DNA of 64,000 bases from IMG/VR virus record IMGVR_UViG_3300017717_002521, positions 27,140 through 91,139 of that record; one strand, 5' to 3'. A program made the position numbers and the translations under genes. The notes below the pieces were generated by a model. That model ran no database searches and was not told the origin of the DNA. It saw only the letters and a list, made by a program, of their open reading frames with translations. Positions 9,346 through 20,936 of the stretch are shown here, in pieces; the first letter of the stretch is position 1, and every line of letters begins with the position of its first letter. Source of the stretch: a virus.

Positions 9346-9918
9346 ATGAAAGGTAAACAATTATCACTATTTCCAGAAGAAGCAGATAACGTATGGGTTA
9401 ACGATTACGTACCGTTTGTATCTGAAGTAGAAACATTTAACGAAACATTTAACAAACCGAACAACTATGAACCAACCATCCCATCTGAAAAAGAGTGGAA
9501 ATTCGTTTATAACTTTATCCTCGAAGAACTCGAAGAATATAGAGAAGCTTGCGAACGAGGCGACATTGTGGAAGTTCTGGACGCTTTGTGCGACATTGCT
9601 TATGTTTCCATTGGGAACGGGACTATGTTACATGGCCTTAAAAATAAGATATGGCCGGCATATCAAGAGGTACAAGCTTCAAATATGTCGAAAGCTTGTT
9701 CGACTGAAGAAGAGGCCATACAGAGTGTCAGCAAAAGAAGTAAGGAACAAGGTGAGGCCTGTCATTTTGAGAAGGTTGCGGAGGGACGGTACATTGTCTA
9801 TCGTACAAGAGACAGAAAAGTAATGAAGAGTAATAATTACTTTAGACCAGACTTACAGCAGTTCTTTAGCGGTGATGATATTGTAAGAACAAGACCCCAA
9901 CAACATTCAGGAATATGA
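9346..9918 (+). CDS. MazG-like / PRA-PH-like NTP pyrophosphohydrolase
   Basis: EELEEY, EVLDALCD, EVQASNMSK, KVMKS. Confidence 0.85.
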   Translation: MKGKQLSLFPEEADNVWVNDYVPFVSEVETFNETFNKPNNYEPTIPSEKEWKFVYNFILEELEEYREACERGDIVEVLDALCDIAYVSIGNGTMLHGLKNKIWPAYQEVQASNMSKACSTEEEAIQSVSKRSKEQGEACHFEKVAEGRYIVYRTRDRKVMKSNNYFRPDLQQFFSGDDIVRTRPQQHSGI

Positions 9919-10124
9919 TTAAAATAGAAGATTTTAAAAAAGAATTTAACGGAGAATTTTACGTACCCCTCTCTATCGCTAACCAAGCAGTTAAAGAAGC
10001 TTACCAAAGCAATAAAGAGTATAATCAAATGAACAATAAGTTAGAAGATCTTAATAAACAATTAAATGATGCTATGAAAGAAATAGGAGAAGGGTTTAAA
10101 GATATGAAAAATTTAAAGTTATAA
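9915..10124 (+). CDS. hypothetical coiled-coil protein
   Basis: ORF track, coupled overlap. Confidence 0.55.
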   Translation: MIKIEDFKKEFNGEFYVPLSIANQAVKEAYQSNKEYNQMNNKLEDLNKQLNDAMKEIGEGFKDMKNLKL

Positions 10125-10127
10125 TGT

Positions 10128-10922
10128 ATGATTAAAATAGCTCATGAAGCTCCTATAGATATTTTTGACGAAGTTCAAAGGTTAACTGATTACGATTACG
10201 CTTTAGTTCATTTATTAGAGCAAAATGGTAGATATAGAGATACGTTTGAAAGAGCAGTTAAAAGAGGTAGAGAAGTTATTTTAGATAACTCTATTTTTGA
10301 GTTAGAAGAAGCATTTGAAGCTGATAGATTTGCATTATGGGTTGAAAGATTAAAACCTACTTGGTATATAGTTCCAGATGCATTGGAGAATGCTGAAAAG
10401 ACTATGGAACAAGCACTTGATTGGGTTAAAAGTTATAAAAGTATACCTGGGAAAAAAATAGGTGTTGTTCAAGGTAAAAACTATCACGAGATTGTAGCTT
10501 GTTATAAGTTTATGGACACTAGAGATATTGATATGATAGCTATTTCATTCGATTATTCGTATTATAGTGATTCTATTCCTCATCCTAACAAGTATGTTAG
10601 CTGGATGCTAGGACGTGTTAAGCTACTAGGAGATTTAGAGAGAGACGGTATAATTAATAAAGATAAACCTCATCACTTACTAGGTTGTGGATTACCTCAA
10701 GAATTTAGTTTTTATAAAAATGCTAACTATAAATGGCTCTACTCTTTAGATACTTCTAACCCAGTAGTCCACGGTCTAAAAGGTATAGAGTATGACAGAG
10801 AAGGACTTTGGTCTAAAGAATCTCAAAAGTTACATGAATTAATTAATGTACCTATAGAAGAGATTGATATTGAGAAAGTAACTAGTAATATAGAGAAGTT
10901 TAGATGGCTAACAAATGGATAA
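10128..10922 (+). CDS. dpdA: TGT-fold deazaguanine transglycosylase-like protein (DpdA-like)
   Basis: ILDNS..E, IVPD, IGVVQG, HHLLG, SLDTS TGT-like motifs; que-gene context. Confidence 0.72.
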   Translation: MIKIAHEAPIDIFDEVQRLTDYDYALVHLLEQNGRYRDTFERAVKRGREVILDNSIFELEEAFEADRFALWVERLKPTWYIVPDALENAEKTMEQALDWVKSYKSIPGKKIGVVQGKNYHEIVACYKFMDTRDIDMIAISFDYSYYSDSIPHPNKYVSWMLGRVKLLGDLERDGIINKDKPHHLLGCGLPQEFSFYKNANYKWLYSLDTSNPVVHGLKGIEYDREGLWSKESQKLHELINVPIEEIDIEKVTSNIEKFRWLTNG

Positions 10923-11431
10923 CATTCTTCAGTCAAACTGGAGCTGAGATAGCTGATTTATCTGAAAATATTGGAAGATGGCCTGATATTATTATTACTA
11001 ATAGTAGACCAGACCACTTAAGAACTATAGATCCTAGAATAGTAGAATACGGTTATACTGAAGTACCTAATAAACCTACAGTAAGTGATTTAGATGCTGT
11101 ATTACAAGATAATGCTGTTATAACATTACATGGTTGGTTGAGGATAATGCCTGAAGTAATATGTAATAAGTATTTGATTTATAATGGTCATCCTGGACTT
11201 ATTACTAAATATCCTGAACTTAAGGGTAAAGATCCTCAAGTAAAAGCTCATAAACTTGGACATGAAGTAGCAGGTGCAGTTATACATAAAGTAACAGCAG
11301 GAGTAGATGAAGGTAGGATTATTATGGAGGAATATTTCAATGCTACTCAGTTGGATCTTGATAGTTTATTTCGTATATTAAGAGATAGATCATTGTATAT
11401 GTGGTCTAATCTACTTAAACAGGTTTTATGA
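10904..11431 (+). CDS. PurN-like formyltransferase (DpdN-like)
   Basis: GWLRIM, NGHPGL..YP, IHKV..GVDEG; coupled to the dpdA-like gene. Confidence 0.82.
   Translation: MANKWITFFSQTGAEIADLSENIGRWPDIIITNSRPDHLRTIDPRIVEYGYTEVPNKPTVSDLDAVLQDNAVITLHGWLRIMPEVICNKYLIYNGHPGLITKYPELKGKDPQVKAHKLGHEVAGAVIHKVTAGVDEGRIIMEEYFNATQLDLDSLFRILRDRSLYMWSNLLKQVL
11351..11381 (+). promoter_or_regulatory. class 1 promoter inside formyltransferase 3' end
   Basis: TTG-N20-TATATTAA. Confidence 0.6.
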
Positions 11432-11943
11432 TAAAAAGAATAGCTTTAGTTGGAGCAAGTAGTACTGGTAAGACTACTGTTTTTGAATTACTTAAGAATA
11501 AATTACCTAAGTATGAGTTCGTAAACGAATCTACTCGTAATGTAGCTAAGTACGGATTTCCTATTAATGAGTTTGGTACTGATGCTACTCAACTTGCTAT
11601 TAGTAGCTTTCATTTAGAAGCTTTACTTAAACCTTATAATCTTATTCTAGATAGATGTTATATGGATCTTATAGTCTATACTAATCATATGGATGTTGAT
11701 GATTCTACTAAAGATTATATAGAAGAGACTTGGCATAGAGTAAAAGGAGAGTATACTCATTATATTTATTTTCCTATTGAATTTTAATCTGTAGATGATG
11801 GAGTAAGAAGTGTTAATGAGGATTGGAGAAAAGATATAGATAATGAATTTAAAAAGTATCTTGAGACTGTAAGAAAGCCTTACTTAACTATAACTGGTTC
11901 TCCTATGCAAAGGGTTAACCAAATATTAGAGTTTATAAAATGA
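11428..11943 (+). pseudogene. P-loop kinase-like (AAA_28) gene interrupted by in-frame TAA at 11785-11787
   Basis: GASSTGKTT, LDRC..D; the same frame continues SVDDGVR...ITGSPMQRV to TGA 11941-11943, overlapping the next ATG. Confidence 0.75.
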
Positions 11944-12293
11944 GAGTATGTAATGTCTGTCATGAAGAAAAGAGAGATGTTAAATATAAACATGAAAGTA
12001 AAAAAACATGTATTAAATGCGAAACCAGATGGTGGAGAGTATTCCTCAGAGCTTTAGTTAAGGAACGTAGACTTACACCTATAGAGAGAATAGCTAATAG
12101 AGCAGGGTATATGGGATCAGCTTTTATTATGATGTCTCCTTACTTATTAAAATACGATAATATAGGAGCATACACATATGTTCTAGGAGCCTTACTTACC
12201 ATACCTCAAGTATGGATTGCAAAGCAATGGAATATAGTAGCATTGAATATTAACCTTTTAGTCGGGTATGGACTATACATAATTAATTCTTAA
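11940..12293 (+). CDS. zinc-ribbon plus membrane-domain hypothetical protein
   Basis: CxxC...CxxC followed by hydrophobic helices. Confidence 0.55.
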   Translation: MRVCNVCHEEKRDVKYKHESKKTCIKCETRWWRVFLRALVKERRLTPIERIANRAGYMGSAFIMMSPYLLKYDNIGAYTYVLGALLTIPQVWIAKQWNIVALNINLLVGYGLYIINS

Positions 12294-12295
12294 AT

Positions 12296-13201
12296 ATGAG
12301 TGAAGTTAAAAATTATGAAGCAGTAAAAGAAATTGCTTCTAAACATTTAGGTAAAGTAGGCGGTGATGGTTATAGTGATCAATACAACGCTGAATTATTA
12401 GTTAAAATACCTCGAGTATTAAATCGAGAGGGGTATGGATTAACCGGTAAAGAATTTAAAGGTGTTGATACCTGGAACGCCTATGAAGTATCAGCTATAA
12501 CTACTAAAGGTCAACCCGTTGCTGGGATGTTAAAAATAGTTTGTCCTTCTGATAGTGAATATCATGTAGAGTCAAAATCTATTAAACTATACCTTAATTC
12601 ATTTAATATGACTGAGATTGGAGATACAGCAGCTGATTGTATTACCGGCATAGAAGCTAGAGTAAAAAGAGATTTAGATGAGTTATTGGAAACTATTACT
12701 ACCATAAGCTTTTATGCTTCAGAATTTGAAACTGAACCTCTTTCTTTTGCTAATGATTATAAAGATCTAGGTGAGGAAGTTAACTTAGATTTGATAGACT
12801 TTACTGCATTTAAGTCAGATGCTACTCAATTAGAGGTAAAAGAAGAAGAAGGTGAAATAAAATTTAGATCTAATCTATTAAGGTCTAACTGTAGAGTAAC
12901 TAATCAGCCGGATTGGGGAGATGTATTTATTTATATGAAAGGAAGTAAATTACCTGTAGCTGATTCGTTAGCTAAATATATAGTAAGTCATAGGACAGTT
13001 AGTCATTTTCATGAGGAGATATGCGAAATGATATTTGCTCATCTAAGTGAAAGATTTGAACCTGAGCAATTAATGGTGTCGTGTTTGTATACTCGTAGAG
13101 GAGGAATAGATATTAATCCTATTAGAGCTACTCATAGTTATTTAATACCAGAGTTTTTTACTAACCCCGATTTTACTATTAGAAAAACTTTAAGACAGTA
13201 A
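12296..13201 (+). CDS. queF: NADPH-dependent preQ0 reductase, bimodular type
   Basis: VESKSIKLYLNSF, RSNCRVTNQPDWG, FHEEICE, YTRRGGIDINP. Confidence 0.95.
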   Translation: MSEVKNYEAVKEIASKHLGKVGGDGYSDQYNAELLVKIPRVLNREGYGLTGKEFKGVDTWNAYEVSAITTKGQPVAGMLKIVCPSDSEYHVESKSIKLYLNSFNMTEIGDTAADCITGIEARVKRDLDELLETITTISFYASEFETEPLSFANDYKDLGEEVNLDLIDFTAFKSDATQLEVKEEEGEIKFRSNLLRSNCRVTNQPDWGDVFIYMKGSKLPVADSLAKYIVSHRTVSHFHEEICEMIFAHLSERFEPEQLMVSCLYTRRGGIDINPIRATHSYLIPEFFTNPDFTIRKTLRQ

Positions 13202-13473
13202 TGAATAAGTTTACATCAACCTACATAGTTTCATTATTAGCTATAATTTTAATATGGAATATAAGCCCAGATATCGATAACGAACCTATGTTGATGGAAC
13301 AAATCTCAGAAAACGAAAGAGTTGCAGAATCTATAGTACAGTACATTCAAGCTCCAAAAGGATTTTTTGGATACATTAATGAGATACTTACAACTGTAAT
13401 AGGTGTAGTGAACATAATAACATTTGGTTATCAAATGAAAGATAGAAAAAGAAAAACATTAAGACAGTAATGA
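13181..13473 (+). repeat. 24-bp direct repeats (13181-13204, 13450-13473) flanking one ORF
   Basis: AGAAAAAC(T/A)TTAAGACAGTAATGA, 23/24 identical. Confidence 0.85.
13201..13470 (+). CDS. small membrane protein on a repeat-flanked insert
   Basis: two hydrophobic segments; ends RKTLRQ like QueF. Confidence 0.6.
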   Translation: MNKFTSTYIVSLLAIILIWNISPDIDNEPMLMEQISENERVAESIVQYIQAPKGFFGYINEILTTVIGVVNIITFGYQMKDRKRKTLRQ

Positions 13474-13619
13474 TAGAAAAAGTAGAAGCATACATAATAC
13501 AGCATTATAAAAGAATGTATGGTGATAAACCTCTAATTATTGAAGAATTCGATTCTCATTTTACAGTTAAGTCAAATAAGGATGAATCTCCTCTTATATT
13601 AGGCAAAAGTATAGTATAA
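13470..13619 (+). CDS. small hypothetical protein (49 aa)
   Basis: TAATG coupling at both ends. Confidence 0.55.
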   Translation: MIEKVEAYIIQHYKRMYGDKPLIIEEFDSHFTVKSNKDESPLILGKSIV

Positions 13620-13879
13620 TGGCTGAAAAAGAAATATTAGAACAAAACGAACTTATAGCAGAAAGAGTTCCTCCAGGAGACAATTGGAAGTTAGTTATAG
13701 ACCAAACTAATACTATCGAAGGGTTAGTAATGGCATTAACGATGTATATGCGTAAAACTAAATTTAAAGGTCACTATAGATTAGAACCTTTAAATGGTAA
13801 GTTATATGCTATTATAACTGAAGAAATTGAAATCGAAGAACCTGAACCAATGAAATTCGATTTATATGGAGAGTACTAA
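13619..13879 (+). CDS. hypothetical protein
   Basis: ORF track. Confidence 0.6.
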   Translation: MAEKEILEQNELIAERVPPGDNWKLVIDQTNTIEGLVMALTMYMRKTKFKGHYRLEPLNGKLYAIITEEIEIEEPEPMKFDLYGEY

Positions 13880-14451
13880 TGCAAATATCGCTCAAAAAAT
13901 ATGCGCATAAATACGAATATCTTAAATTAGAGTTGGAAGAAACTCAACAAAAGGTTACTGATTATACTAAGTTATGGAATACTGAAATAGGTAAGTTTTA
14001 TTTAGATCAAAAAATCACAGCCTGGGAAAATACAGATACTGGAGAAATAAGATTTAATAACCCTAAAAATAAGAGCAAAAAAATTAAACCTGAAAAGTTA
14101 AAAAAACTCTATAGAACTCTTTCATCTATTACTCACCCAGATAAAGGAGGTTCAGAAGAAGAATTTTATTTAGTAAAAACTGATTACGAATCAGGAGATT
14201 TTATAGGATTACTTAAACATGCTGATAGTAAGAATATTAATGTAGATTTAGACGAACAAGATATTTTTCTTTTTGAGGAAACCTGTAATGATATTGAAAG
14301 TGAAATTGAAGAAAATAAAAAATCTACTGTATGGAAATATTTTAACGGAGATCTACTTCAAAAAAAAGCTATTTTAAAAGGAATAGAAAAAGAATTTAAA
14401 TTTACTTTTGAACAAAAAGATTATGATAAAATACTTAATTTAGTAGGTTAA
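13879..14451 (+). CDS. J-domain-containing protein
   Basis: LKKLYR...THPDKGG. Confidence 0.7.
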   Translation: MQISLKKYAHKYEYLKLELEETQQKVTDYTKLWNTEIGKFYLDQKITAWENTDTGEIRFNNPKNKSKKIKPEKLKKLYRTLSSITHPDKGGSEEEFYLVKTDYESGDFIGLLKHADSKNINVDLDEQDIFLFEETCNDIESEIEENKKSTVWKYFNGDLLQKKAILKGIEKEFKFTFEQKDYDKILNLVG

Positions 14452-14474
14452 CAGAGAAAATATTCTTATATTTA
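14444..14474 (+). promoter_or_regulatory. class 1 promoter for DNA polymerase
   Basis: TAG-N20-TATATTTA. Confidence 0.6.
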
Positions 14475-14493
14475 TTTTTATAAAAGGTTATAT

Positions 14494-16866
14494 ATGCAGT
14501 TAGAAAAAAAGTACTATACCGTCCAAGACTCAGAGACGTTAAAGTTAATGTTCCAACACATTGAAGAGTCAGATACTCTAGCAGTCGATACTGAAACGAC
14601 TGGTCTTAACCCTCGTAAGGATAAAATTATTGGATGGTCTATATCAGGAGATGAAGGTATTGGCTTTTATCTACCTACTCTAGTATGGAACTTCGAGCAA
14701 GGTACTTTAGACTTACAGACTATTGATGGTACTTCAACTGAAGTATTATCTAAAAACTTACTTAAGATGTTATTAGGTAAGAAGCTAGTATTTCACAACG
14801 CTTCGTTTGATGTTCAGTTTATAAAAAACTATTTCGGAGTTAATCTACTACCTGATGTTTGGGTCGATACTGGACTACTTGTTCATACAGTTTATGAAGA
14901 AGGAGCATTTGGATTTGGTAATCCATTTGGTTTGAAATCTATTGCTATAATGAATCAAGAAGCATTAGGTTTAGATGTTGAGAAAGCTGCTAACGAAGAA
15001 CAAGTTGAACTAAAAGAAAGTATTAAACGAAATGGTGGAAGCGTTACTAAAGAGAGTTTTGAAATATATAAAGCAGATTTGGATATCCTTTCTAAATATG
15101 CTAGTGCTGATACTGACCTCACACTTCGCATTTGTAATCTATATCTGGCTAAACTTAAGGAAGAAGGATTAGAAGATTTCTTTTTCAAAGATGAAGTTAT
15201 GCCTATCTATCGTGAGGTTACCGTTCCTATGGAAGCTCATGGTGTAGACTTAGATACTGAATTAATAGAGAAGATACATGGAGAGATTGTAGAAGATCAG
15301 AAAAAGAATAAAGAGATAGTAATGAAGTCTCTCTTAGCTATACCTGAAGTTAAAGAATGGGTAGTAGCTACGTCTATTGAAGCATACCCTTTTTCCCATA
15401 AAGGTAATTGGGCTCAGAGATTAGTACAAAGGTATTCTTTACCTTTACCTAAATCTGAAAAAACTGGTAAGTATTCTCTTACTGCAAAGTATATTAATGA
15501 ACTAGAAGAATCAAACGTCAAGCAATTCCTACTAACCGGGGACCATACCCTTATTGAAGACGTTGAAAAATATAGAATCTCTATGTCTCTTTGGAAAGAA
15601 TCTAATGATGGAGATTATATCAATATACAATCTAAAAAGCACTTGGGTGAAATAGTCTTCGGTTACATGGGAATTCAACCTAAAGTATCAGGTGCTAATA
15701 CTAAGTCCGGTAGAGATAAGTTCGATATGAAAATGGTTGAAGAGTTAGCGAAAACGTATCCCTGGGCAGAGAATCTTAGAGTCTATAATAAGTTACTTAA
15801 GATTAAATCTACTTACGTAGACAGGTTTAGAGACCGTCAGGAAGATGGTAGATATTACTTCTACTTTAAACAAAATGGTACTGTATCTGGTAGATATGGT
15901 TCTGACGCTCAACAGCTACCTAAACCTCTTGAAGAAGGAGAAGATGCTCCTGTGATTATGAAGTACGTTAATATTGTTAGACGTTTCTTGGTTGCCGGAA
16001 ATGGTAGGAAGGTTATTGATGCAGATTACGAATCGTTAGAGCCTCACTGCTTTGCTTCAGTAACAGGAGATAAAAAACTACAAGAGATCTTTAATAATGG
16101 ATGGGACTTTTATTCTACTGTTGCTATACAGACTGAAAAGCTAGAAGGAGTATCAGCAGATAAAAAAGCTGATAACTATCTAAAGAAACTTGATCCTGTT
16201 AAACGTAATAAAGCTAAGGCATACTCATTAGGTATTGCTTATGGAATGGAAGCTTATGCTCTTAAAATGTCTCTTAACGTAGATCAAAAGACTGCTGAAG
16301 GATTAGTAAAAGGTTACTTAGATGGGTTTCCTCAACTCAAGGAATGGAGAGAAAGATCAAGAGAACAAGTCAAAGCTAATGGTAGAATACAGAACTATGT
16401 AGGACGTATTCGTCACTTACCTAAAGTTCAAAGACTCTATGATAAGTTTGAAGATCGTATGATGGATTGGAGATTTAGAAAAGAGTTAGAGACTAGGATA
16501 CCTCCTAAATATATTAAGAAAGACGGTGAGATAGTTAAGACTGTATCTCCTAGGGATCAAGTAACTCAAGCATATAGAGATTACCGTAACGGACTTAATA
16601 ACTGTCTTAACTTTCAGTTACAGTCATTAGCAGCAGCGGTAGTTAACAGGGCTGCATTAAAGATAAACTTGAAAGCTAAAGAGTTAGGTATAGATGCTCT
16701 ATGTCAAGCACAAGTACATGACCAGTTGATTATAAACGTAGATGAGAAAGATGCAGAAATGTTTGCTCCTTACGTACAAGAGATAATGGAGAATACTACT
16801 AAGTTACCTGGAGTAACTTTGAAAGCACCTCCTGAGATAGCTAATAACTGGGCAGAAGGACATTAA
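14494..16866 (+). CDS. polA: family A DNA polymerase with 3'-5' exonuclease
   Basis: DTETTG, FHNASFD, YASAD; GTVSGR, DADYESLE, RNKAKAYSLGIAYG, QVHDQ. Confidence 0.95.
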   Translation: MQLEKKYYTVQDSETLKLMFQHIEESDTLAVDTETTGLNPRKDKIIGWSISGDEGIGFYLPTLVWNFEQGTLDLQTIDGTSTEVLSKNLLKMLLGKKLVFHNASFDVQFIKNYFGVNLLPDVWVDTGLLVHTVYEEGAFGFGNPFGLKSIAIMNQEALGLDVEKAANEEQVELKESIKRNGGSVTKESFEIYKADLDILSKYASADTDLTLRICNLYLAKLKEEGLEDFFFKDEVMPIYREVTVPMEAHGVDLDTELIEKIHGEIVEDQKKNKEIVMKSLLAIPEVKEWVVATSIEAYPFSHKGNWAQRLVQRYSLPLPKSEKTGKYSLTAKYINELEESNVKQFLLTGDHTLIEDVEKYRISMSLWKESNDGDYINIQSKKHLGEIVFGYMGIQPKVSGANTKSGRDKFDMKMVEELAKTYPWAENLRVYNKLLKIKSTYVDRFRDRQEDGRYYFYFKQNGTVSGRYGSDAQQLPKPLEEGEDAPVIMKYVNIVRRFLVAGNGRKVIDADYESLEPHCFASVTGDKKLQEIFNNGWDFYSTVAIQTEKLEGVSADKKADNYLKKLDPVKRNKAKAYSLGIAYGMEAYALKMSLNVDQKTAEGLVKGYLDGFPQLKEWRERSREQVKANGRIQNYVGRIRHLPKVQRLYDKFEDRMMDWRFRKELETRIPPKYIKKDGEIVKTVSPRDQVTQAYRDYRNGLNNCLNFQLQSLAAAVVNRAALKINLKAKELGIDALCQAQVHDQLIINVDEKDAEMFAPYVQEIMENTTKLPGVTLKAPPEIANNWAEGH

Positions 16867-16874
16867 CTTTAAAA

Positions 16875-17573
16875 ATGAATATAAAATTAATTTGTTGCAT
16901 AGGGCTAGATTATGACTTAAATTTAGTTCCTCATTTTAGTAAACATTATTCTCAATATAATATAGATTCGTTTCATTTTATATTAAATAAAAAAGATGAA
17001 TTTAATACTACTGATTATAAAAAGTACTTCACCAACTTAATTTCAAATGGAGTAACGTTTCATAGCTGGGTAGGAGAATTTAATACTGTAGATAAGATTA
17101 ATAAATTTAATAAAGTAATAGAAAGCTCCTCTGAATCTCATATTCTATTAGCAGATGTTGACGAATTTCAAATACATAAAGGAGGAATTTATAAGGACTA
17201 TGTATGGGGAAATTTAATTGATAGAGTACCTAATAATAACTTAACAAAAAAAGTAACTAATAGAGATTTAAATAAACAGTTTCCTTTAAAAAGTAATTTA
17301 ACTAATTGGGATAATACTATTAAACCTTGTGTATTTCCTTCTTCGGAAAGATTGCAAACATCCCATTATATTACCACCCCGTATAATAATGAAGATACTA
17401 TAGAAGTTAACCATTACCGATGGACTAACACAAGATTACAAAAATCTAAAGATAGATATCGTATTTATTCTAGACTTAATAAAGAAGGTAAACGATGGCC
17501 ATCTGGTCATAAATTTGACTCACAAGACAGTTTACATGTTATTAGTAAACTACAACCTAAGTCTATTATATGA
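16875..17573 (+). CDS. GT2-like glycosyltransferase
   Basis: LADVDEF, NHYRW. Confidence 0.6.
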   Translation: MNIKLICCIGLDYDLNLVPHFSKHYSQYNIDSFHFILNKKDEFNTTDYKKYFTNLISNGVTFHSWVGEFNTVDKINKFNKVIESSSESHILLADVDEFQIHKGGIYKDYVWGNLIDRVPNNNLTKKVTNRDLNKQFPLKSNLTNWDNTIKPCVFPSSERLQTSHYITTPYNNEDTIEVNHYRWTNTRLQKSKDRYRIYSRLNKEGKRWPSGHKFDSQDSLHVISKLQPKSII

Positions 17574-18298
17574 ATCAAATAACCTCTGTACTTACCGTAG
17601 TTGAAAGACCCGAATACTTAAATACTCAAATAGACTGTATAAAAAATCAAAGTATAAACTCAGATATATTCATAGTTTGGAGGAATAAACAGCAATATGA
17701 TCTTAAATACCCAGCTATACTATATTTTAATGAATCTAGTCATTTTAATTCATTATATGGTAGATTTTATAATTCTTTACATATTAAAACTCCTTATGTG
17801 TTTATTTGCGACGACGATTTATTACCCGGCAAAAAATATTTAGAAAGATGTATAGAATTTAGTAAATCTAAAAACGATAAAGTAGTTATATCTTCATATG
17901 GTATGAAATTTAAAGAAGGAGAAAAAAAATATAATGTTAATAAAAGAATAAATCATAATACCTTTCCAAAAGTTCCTGTTAAAGTTGATATGGGAGGTCA
18001 AGGATGGTTTATGAAAACCGAATTACTTAAACTCTTTACTTCTTACCCTTATCTTTTAGATGATTCAGGAGAAGATATACATTTTTCATTTTGTTTGTTT
18101 AAAAATAGTATAGATATTTTTGTATTGGATAAAGATATTGATAATAAAGATACATGGCAAGATACTTGCAGAGGATCAAGAGGTAATGATGAAAAAGCTC
18201 AATGGAAAAATACTACTCATAAAATAGTAAGAGATAAACTTATAGATAAGTATACGTCTTTAGGTTGGAAATTTAACATAAATAAGTCTTTTTTGTAG
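17570..18298 (+). CDS. GT2-like glycosyltransferase
   Basis: ICDDD, GEDIHFS. Confidence 0.7.
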   Translation: MNQITSVLTVVERPEYLNTQIDCIKNQSINSDIFIVWRNKQQYDLKYPAILYFNESSHFNSLYGRFYNSLHIKTPYVFICDDDLLPGKKYLERCIEFSKSKNDKVVISSYGMKFKEGEKKYNVNKRINHNTFPKVPVKVDMGGQGWFMKTELLKLFTSYPYLLDDSGEDIHFSFCLFKNSIDIFVLDKDIDNKDTWQDTCRGSRGNDEKAQWKNTTHKIVRDKLIDKYTSLGWKFNINKSFL

Positions 18299-18329
18299 TT
18301 GTCTATTAATTATTTTTTTCGTATATTTA
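18299..18329 (+). promoter_or_regulatory. class 1 promoter for hsp20
   Basis: TTG-N20-TATATTTA. Confidence 0.7.
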
Positions 18330-18407
18330 TAATAAAGAAGATCGACCTCAGAGCGAACTTAATTTTTTTTAACCCGAGTAGCTTAGGCACTCACAAATAT
18401 AAATGAT

Positions 18408-18818
18408 ATGAATACATTTTTAACAGAACGTAATCCGTTCGACATTTTAGTAAGGAATTTCTTCCAAGACGCAGGAGCATACAGACCTCTTGCAGAATCC
18501 AAATTACCCCACCCAGTAGATATTTACGAAAGAGACAACGGTCTAGGACTAGACATAGCTTGTACCGGAATCTCAAAAGAAGATATTGAAATTCTTATTG
18601 AGGGTAATATAATCAGAGTTAATTACGATAAACCTAAAGAGGATGATTTAGGCGAATATATCCATAGAGGTATCGCTAAAAGATCATTTAACCTAGGTTG
18701 GAAAATTGATAGTAGATTTAATCTATCTAAAGCAACAGCCGAATTTAAAAACGGACTGTTACAAATAGTTATACCTTTTGCTAAAGGGTTAGAACCAAAA
18801 ACTTTAACAATTAGCTAA
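18408..18818 (+). CDS. small heat shock protein Hsp20
   Basis: PVDIYE, YIHRGIAKRSF, AEFKNGLLQI. Confidence 0.92.
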   Translation: MNTFLTERNPFDILVRNFFQDAGAYRPLAESKLPHPVDIYERDNGLGLDIACTGISKEDIEILIEGNIIRVNYDKPKEDDLGEYIHRGIAKRSFNLGWKIDSRFNLSKATAEFKNGLLQIVIPFAKGLEPKTLTIS

Positions 18819-18836
18819 ATAAACCAGCTCTGAGGT

Positions 18837-18866
18837 TTGCTCTTCTATTAATTTATCTTATATTAA
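18837..18866 (+). promoter_or_regulatory. class 1 promoter for groES-groEL
   Basis: TTG-N19-TATATTAA. Confidence 0.7.
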
Positions 18867-18883
18867 TTAAAAACGTTATATAA

Positions 18884-20928
<2,045 letters not shown>

Positions 20929-20936
<8 letters not shown>

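Noticed and set aside
11785-11787. Stop-codon reassignment
   Set aside because: TAA, TAG and TGA all end conserved genes at expected positions (queF, groES, groEL); only one interrupted gene was seen
18376-18392. CIRCE/HrcA operator before hsp20
   Set aside because: TTAGGCACTC resembles only one half-site; the N9-spaced second arm is absent
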